From NCBI GenBank assembly GCA_051117555.1, contig JBNPEG010000063.1, forward strand, positions 1 through 53,371: DNA of 53,371 nucleotides. Reading direction: 5' to 3'. The stretch is from Elainellaceae cyanobacterium (GTDB lineage Bacteria; Cyanobacteriota; Cyanobacteriia; CAZCXK01). Under the pieces are notes generated by a model. The model had not been told where the DNA came from, searched no databases, and saw only the letters and a list, made by a program, of their open reading frames with translations. The translations under genes were made by a program, and so were the position numbers. Each line of letters begins with the position of its first letter. Position 1 is the stretch's first letter. Below, piece after piece: positions 48,701 through 53,371 of this stretch.

Positions 48701-49256
48701 GATTCTCGCCCCGGTGAATATGAATGAATTAGACGAAAAAACGGATCAGTCAACCCTGAGTGCGATCGTCATTTTGACTACGGTCAAACCCGTGATTACT
48801 AAAAAGGGTGACCCGATGGCGATCGTGCAAATTGAAGATCTAACGGGACAAGCGGATGCAGTCGTATTTCCGAAGACGTTTGCCCGCATTGGACACTACA
48901 TCAGCGTAGATGCGCGGCTGATGATTTGGGGCAAGGTGGATCGGCGAGACGAGCGATCGCAATTTATCATCGAAGATGCCGAACCCGTCGAGGAGGTTCG
49001 CATGATCATGGTAGAGCTTGAACCCAACATTGCCAGCGACATTACGGAGCAATATCGCCTCAAAAATATTCTGCTGGATCAACAAGACGAAACCGGACAG
49101 GGCAAAATTCCTGTGGTTGCCGTTATCGGCGCGAATCAGCGACGGCAGTTTGTGCGATTAGGAGCACAGTTCCGCGTATATGACCATCAGGCGACGGTCA
49201 ATGCGCTAGCTAAAGCCGGATTCCACGCCCGATCGTCATTATTAGTCGGCGCTTAG
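45756..49256 (+). CDS. dnaE: DNA polymerase III alpha subunit, contiguous and intein-free
   Basis: PHP motif [39 protein letters not shown], and an OB-fold C-terminus in a single ORF. Confidence 0.99.
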   Translation: MSFVGLHIHSDYSLLDGASQLPHLVERAIELNMPAIALTDHGVMYGAVELLKLCKGKGIKPIIGNEMYVINGDITKQERRPKYHQVILAKNTQGYKSLVKLTTISHLQGVQGKGIFSRPCINKELLEQYCEGLIVTSGCLAGEVPQAILQGKPEIAKRVATWYRDLFGDDYYLEIQDHGLPEERIVNPHIVRIAKELGIKLIATNDSHYISCFDVEAHDALLCIQTGKLITEDKRLRYTGTEYLKSADEMRQLFRDHLTDDVIDEAIANTLEVANKIEEYDILGEPRIPDYPVPDGYTPATYLREVTTQGLVKRLNCGSADAIEPRYSDRLAYELNMMEQMGFSTYFLVVWDYIKFARDHDIPVGPGRGSAAGSLVAYALGITNIDPVHHGLLFERFLNPERKSMPDIDTDFCIEKRDQVIQYVTEKYSTERVAQIITYNRMTSKAVLKDVARVLDVPYGDADRMAKLIPVVRGKPTKLKVMISDDTPAPEFKEKYEQDAQVRRWLDMALRIEGTNKSVGIHAAGVVISAQPLDEIVPLQRNKDNAGIVTQYSMEDIESMGLLKMDFLGLKNLTMIQKTVDLVQQNRQTTLDLDHISLDDAETYKLLARGDLAGIFQLESSGMRQIVRDLKPSGLEDISSVLALYRPGPLDAGLIPKFINRKHGRERIDYPHEILEPILNETYGIMVYQEQIMKIAQDMAGYSLGQADLLRRAMGKKKMAEMQKHRSIFIEGAQKNGVKQKVAEDLFDQMVLFAEYCFNKSHSTAYGYVTFQTAYLKANYPTEYMAALLTSNSGDQDKVQHYIANCVSMGIEVEPPDINRSRVDFTPLSDRILFGLSAVRNVGQGAIECVLETRDKDGLFESLAELCDRVDLRAVNRRALEALIQCGALDTLNPNRNQLMHDLEPVIEWAQSRARDREVGQGNLFDMLGGSADTASSSGFEVSPKAAPVEDFPPQEKLKLEKELLGFYISDHPLKSVQKASQILAPVNMNELDEKTDQSTLSAIVILTTVKPVITKKGDPMAIVQIEDLTGQADAVVFPKTFARIGHYISVDARLMIWGKVDRRDERSQFIIEDAEPVEEVRMIMVELEPNIASDITEQYRLKNILLDQQDETGQGKIPVVAVIGANQRRQFVRLGAQFRVYDHQATVNALAKAGFHARSSLLVGA

Positions 49257-49270
49257 CGCTGGTTCAGCAA

Positions 49271-50533
49271 TTATTGATTGTGTTTACTCAATAGAACCTC
49301 ACAAAATGGAATATTGAGCAAATCTTCGATAGTCGTTTCGACGACTCCCAGTCTTGGATCAACTGACTCTAAGTCAAAACCAGATTCAACCAAACTTTCG
49401 AGCAAAAATCTTGGATCATTACCTGTATTTGCAATATTTTGAGGGCAAAACTCAAAAATCACCTTGATAGCAGGATTATTCTCTAAGAGCTTCTTCATGC
49501 CCGCGAAGATAAAGGGTTCACTCCCCTCGGCATCGATTTTTATAAAGTCAATCTTGATATCTTGATTCAAGAAATACTCATCAAGTGAAATGGCCTCAAC
49601 CTCAAATACCACGACATCATCGTGATACATTTTCAAAAATTGATCTTCAAATTTTCCGATGCCGCTAGAGCCATGATGTCGCTTGAGCTGACTAAACTTT
49701 AAGGTCGTAGATTCTTTATAGACTGCCTTGTTGACCAAAGAAACCCGATCTAAATATCCGTTAACGGCGACATTTTGCCATAGAGTTTCAAATATTTCTT
49801 GCCCCGCTTCGAATGCATAAACGTTTCCTTGAGTACCCACCTTGGCGGCAGCTAAAAGCGTGTAATAGCCAATATTCGCTCCAATATCAATAACCGTCAT
49901 CCCTTCTTTGATGAGGTCCATAAAGACATTGGTCAGCCACATTTCCCAATATCCATCTAATAAGATATGAGGCGTTAACGACATATCTTGGGTGTCCACA
50001 AACATCTTTTGACCCCAAAGATTGCGGGTCAATGCCTTGTGTTCTCCCATATAGACGACTTCCCGCTTGGGGAGCCTATCGATTTGACGAGTCATGTCCT
50101 CAAGTTGAGGTTGGGTTGCCTGCTGTACCGCTGAAATAAGCTTGCGATCGCCAATCTTGCTTGTCTCCAAAATTGAACTATAGAGATCTGCTCGATTTTC
50201 TCGATACGACTTAAAGCCTGCTGAGTCATACTCAATTGTGGGCAATCCGGTATCTCTACCAAAGACAATAAACACATCATTGATAAAGACGGGAGCAAAT
50301 TTTGCATCAACGAAATTAAGGACTTTGAAATTAATCTGCTCAAGGCGTCCCTTATGAATCACTGCCCATTTGAAGCCTGTTTCTACGGTTGGGTCAGTGC
50401 TATACCGCTCAATGGGTTTAGAAAAATAGTGACTAAATTCCTCTGGAGCAAAGACAATGTCTCCCTTTTTGAAATGCTTTTTAACAAATTGGGCTGTATC
50501 TGCCCAGTATTGATCGCGCTTAGGGAATAACAT
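49271..50533 (-). CDS. FkbM-family methyltransferase with N-terminal extension
   Basis: VIDIGANIGYYT, VYAFE and IDFIKIDAEGSE. Confidence 0.9.
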   Translation of the reverse strand: MLFPKRDQYWADTAQFVKKHFKKGDIVFAPEEFSHYFSKPIERYSTDPTVETGFKWAVIHKGRLEQINFKVLNFVDAKFAPVFINDVFIVFGRDTGLPTIEYDSAGFKSYRENRADLYSSILETSKIGDRKLISAVQQATQPQLEDMTRQIDRLPKREVVYMGEHKALTRNLWGQKMFVDTQDMSLTPHILLDGYWEMWLTNVFMDLIKEGMTVIDIGANIGYYTLLAAAKVGTQGNVYAFEAGQEIFETLWQNVAVNGYLDRVSLVNKAVYKESTTLKFSQLKRHHGSSGIGKFEDQFLKMYHDDVVVFEVEAISLDEYFLNQDIKIDFIKIDAEGSEPFIFAGMKKLLENNPAIKVIFEFCPQNIANTGNDPRFLLESLVESGFDLESVDPRLGVVETTIEDLLNIPFCEVLLSKHNQ

Positions 50534-50865
50534 TCAGATCTGAACCTCCAGATGGCTTGATAGACGATAATAACGTGAATCGGTGTTGAGTAGCTTCCAG
50601 TTTTCGTGCGTCACAGCAATAAAAAAAGCGCGATCGCCCATGCCCATTGAGCTATTTCGCCAGAACTGTATCTTACTAGATTAGTTACCTAAGTTACTCT
50701 CATGGGAAGATGAGCTTAAGAGATGAGTCAAGAAGAATTTGGCCGTCAAAGCCGAATCATGGAGAGCGTTTAGATTTTTGTGTCAGTGCGACCGTCCTCG
50801 GTCGCGTGTTCTTTTTTAATAGAAGGAAAGATTCAGGTATTGCCCCGTTTGTATCATCTGATGCT

Positions 50866-51714
50866 ATGTCTGTAGAGCCTACGCAACTAAATTGGCAAAT
50901 CGCCAAACCCTATGACGACATTCTTTATCACAAAGCCGACGGCATTGCCAAAATCACGATCAATCGCCCCCACAAGCGCAATGCCTTTCGTCCTAAGACC
51001 GTTTTTGAACTATATGACGCATTCGTAGACGCGCGAGAAGATCCTCGCATTGGCGTTGTTTTGCTGACGGGGGCAGGTCCCCACACCGACGGAAAGTATG
51101 CATTCTGCGCAGGCGGCGATCAGAGCGTTCGCGGCAAAACAGGCTACGTGGATGATGACGGAGTTCCTCGGTTGAATGTTCTAGACTTGCAGCGCCTGAT
51201 TCGCTCCATGCCAAAGGTCGTGATCGCCCTTGTCGCAGGTTATGCCATCGGGGGCGGGCACGTGTTGCATGTGATCTGTGATCTGACAATTGCCGCAGAC
51301 AATGCTGTGTTCGGGCAGACAGGGCCAAAAGTGGGAAGTTTTGACGGTGGATTTGGGGCAAGCTATCTTGCCCGCATTGTTGGGCAGAAAAAAGCCCGTG
51401 AAATTTGGTTCCTCTGTCGCCAGTACGATGCTCAGCAGGCACTGGATATGGGATTAGTCAATTGCGTAGTGCCCGTTGAGCAGCTAGAAGCGGAGGGGAT
51501 TCAATGGGCGCAAGAAATTTTGGAGAAAAGCCCGATCGCCATTCGCTGCCTCAAAGCAGCGTTTAATGCGGACTGTGACGGGCAGGCCGGACTCCAAGAA
51601 CTTGCTGGAAACGCAACCCTGCTTTACTACATGACTGAAGAAGGCTCTGAGGGCAAACAGGCATTTCTAGAGAAGCGTCCGCCAAATTTTCGACAATATC
51701 CCTGGCTTCCCTAG
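50866..51714 (+). CDS. menB: 1,4-dihydroxy-2-naphthoyl-CoA synthase
   Basis: [26 protein letters not shown] and [15 protein letters not shown] at 50866 chosen. Confidence 0.98.
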   Translation: MSVEPTQLNWQIAKPYDDILYHKADGIAKITINRPHKRNAFRPKTVFELYDAFVDAREDPRIGVVLLTGAGPHTDGKYAFCAGGDQSVRGKTGYVDDDGVPRLNVLDLQRLIRSMPKVVIALVAGYAIGGGHVLHVICDLTIAADNAVFGQTGPKVGSFDGGFGASYLARIVGQKKAREIWFLCRQYDAQQALDMGLVNCVVPVEQLEAEGIQWAQEILEKSPIAIRCLKAAFNADCDGQAGLQELAGNATLLYYMTEEGSEGKQAFLEKRPPNFRQYPWLP

Positions 51715-51731
51715 CCAAGCAGGTGCATCGA

Positions 51732-52400
51732 ATGAATTCGACTCAATCGTTTGATATTGACCAGGCAATGGAGCGAGTGCGAGAGGCGACTCAGTCGTTG
51801 CCCAAGGCTGCAATGTTTGCGCTGGCAGATGAGGGCTATGATTCTCCGTTTGAGCAACTCGTCTCGTGCATGATTTCAATTCGCACCTACGACGAGGTTA
51901 GCCTGCCTGTCTCTCGTCGTTTATTTGCCAAGGCTCGTACTCCAGAAGAATTGGTGACGTTAACGCCTGATGAAGTCGAAGCTCTGATTCATGAGAGTAC
52001 CTTTTCTGAGCGCAAAGCTGAACAAATCTGGGCGATCGCCCAACAGCTTGTTGATGACTATGAGGGGCGTCTACCTTGTGATATAGAGGTAATGCGGTCG
52101 TTTAAGGGCGTGGGGCCTAAGTGTGCTCATCTGGCGCTCGGCATTGGCTGCAATCAGCCTTATATCAGCGTCGATACCCATGTCCATCGAGTCGTGAACC
52201 GCTGGGGCTATGTTGAAACCAAAACTCCCGAAAAGACGACCAAAATTTTAGAAGCACAGCTTCCAGAATCCTACTGGATCGAGCTCAATCGAATCGTAAT
52301 GCCGTTTGGGAAGCATATTTGCACCAGCAATCAACCCCGCTGTTCAACCTGCCCAGTTGCTAAAATTTGTCCTCAACTAGGTGTCCAAAATCCTCGTTAA
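51732..52400 (+). CDS. nth: Endonuclease III (HhH-GPD glycosylase with 4Fe-4S cluster)
   Basis: KGVGPKCA HhH, VDTHVHR, and the C-x6-C-x2-C-x5-C cluster motif. Confidence 0.88.
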   Translation: MNSTQSFDIDQAMERVREATQSLPKAAMFALADEGYDSPFEQLVSCMISIRTYDEVSLPVSRRLFAKARTPEELVTLTPDEVEALIHESTFSERKAEQIWAIAQQLVDDYEGRLPCDIEVMRSFKGVGPKCAHLALGIGCNQPYISVDTHVHRVVNRWGYVETKTPEKTTKILEAQLPESYWIELNRIVMPFGKHICTSNQPRCSTCPVAKICPQLGVQNPR

Positions 52401-52783
52401 TCACCGGATTCGTCAATTCCGCGATCGGCTGTTGACTTAGCGCGTCGAATCTGATCCGCCCAATAGCCGGGATTCTCCAGCGTCAACACAATCCGTTTGA
52501 AATACTCATCTTCAATCGTCAGCGTCAAGCACGTTTTGGAGGTGATATACCAAAATTCTCTACCATTAGGAGTGTAATAGGTTCCTGCTGAAATGACACC
52601 AGGCAACCCCGTCCCGGGCAATCGAACCGCACGCCATGTGAATTCAGGCGGGTCTTCGGAAACGTTTGTGATTTTAGACAACGGAATCTTAATCCGTTCA
52701 GCCATATAAAACGCCAGCAACTGCTCGTACCACGTTAAGTGAATATTTAACTCATCAGAGGTGAATTCAAGCTGCATGATCAC
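52397..52783 (-). CDS. Hypothetical protein
   Basis: 128-aa ORF with RLPGTGLPGVISAGTYY; start overlaps the upstream stop (GTGA). Confidence 0.75.
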   Translation of the reverse strand: MIMQLEFTSDELNIHLTWYEQLLAFYMAERIKIPLSKITNVSEDPPEFTWRAVRLPGTGLPGVISAGTYYTPNGREFWYITSKTCLTLTIEDEYFKRIVLTLENPGYWADQIRRAKSTADRGIDESGD

Positions 52784-53334
52784 GTCTCCGAGGTCACAGC
52801 ATTATCTCGCAACGACTCGCCGTCTTTGGAATCTTGGATGGTTTCCCATCGAAATAGGCGAGGCAATTGTGCCAAATCGAGCAGATAGTTACCCGACCAC
52901 AGAACTATCTCGCCAATAAGCAGTATATACATCCACGATGCAGTGTTTGGATTGATTAGGGCAATACCTTCATAAAGCTGCCACAGACGATAGGGGACAT
53001 ACAAATACGGAATCATCACCCACACGACGGAGCGAAACTGACGCAGGGTTAAAAATTCTGACAAAATCTGAGCGCCCAGCATAGCAAAGTAGGCCGCCCA
53101 GATGGCGATCGCCCCTGAGTATCCCTGCCGAATTCCCCAGATTAGGGCAATCAGCGGTGGAATGATCCCAAAAGTCTGAACGCTCAAAAACCAAACGCGA
53201 AACCAACCGGGAAGTGGCTGCGGTAGGCTATAGGGCGTTGCAGTTTTCCATGCCCAGCCTGTCACCGCGAGGAATAGGGTGGCGATCGCCAGAAATATTA
53301 GATTTTCAGTCAGAAGATGTGCCCCAATCATCAT
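52780..53334 (-). CDS. Hypothetical membrane protein
   Basis: 184-aa ORF with about 5 hydrophobic segments. Confidence 0.75.
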   Translation of the reverse strand: MMIGAHLLTENLIFLAIATLFLAVTGWAWKTATPYSLPQPLPGWFRVWFLSVQTFGIIPPLIALIWGIRQGYSGAIAIWAAYFAMLGAQILSEFLTLRQFRSVVWVMIPYLYVPYRLWQLYEGIALINPNTASWMYILLIGEIVLWSGNYLLDLAQLPRLFRWETIQDSKDGESLRDNAVTSET

Positions 53335-53371
53335 CTAAGCCGCTAACAACTGCCGCAATACATAGTGCAAA

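Larger units (their letters stand above)
475..53290. repeat. HIP1 palindrome GCGATCGC, dispersed throughout the window
   Basis: Many copies, e.g. 475, 1425, 4532, 15312 and 53283, often as GGCGATCGCC. Confidence 0.95.

Overview
Cyanobacterial chromosomal window, judged from the dense HIP1 octamer GCGATCGC, heptamer/octamer tandem repeats and cyanobacterial-type genes. In order it holds: the 3' end of a sugar ABC permease; a 223-bp MITE; a leader plus an orphan CRISPR array (10 identical 35-bp repeats, 9 spacers, type III-like, no cas genes adjacent); ltaE; a surface-polysaccharide region (MBOAT acyltransferase, TylF methyltransferase and sulfatase-like protein convergent with five glycosyltransferases, an ABC exporter with a HisKA-like tail, and galE); gloB; rplI-dnaB; a compatible-solute cluster (treZ-treY-treH-DUF5752-treT, divergent glgB, then gghA); an LCP protein; a GC-rich LysR/RND efflux module whose leader carries a structured element resembling the SAM/SAH riboswitch core; FMN reductase; a CPA2-USP antiporter; an unsplit, intein-free dnaE; an FkbM methyltransferase; menB; nth; and two hypotheticals. 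Several MITE/REP families occupy intergenic regions. No tRNA or rRNA genes were seen. Family assignments come from motif recognition and recall, not database searches. No clearly novel system is proven; the best leads are the riboswitch-like leader, the ABC-HisKA fusion, the dual-route trehalose operon and the orphan array.
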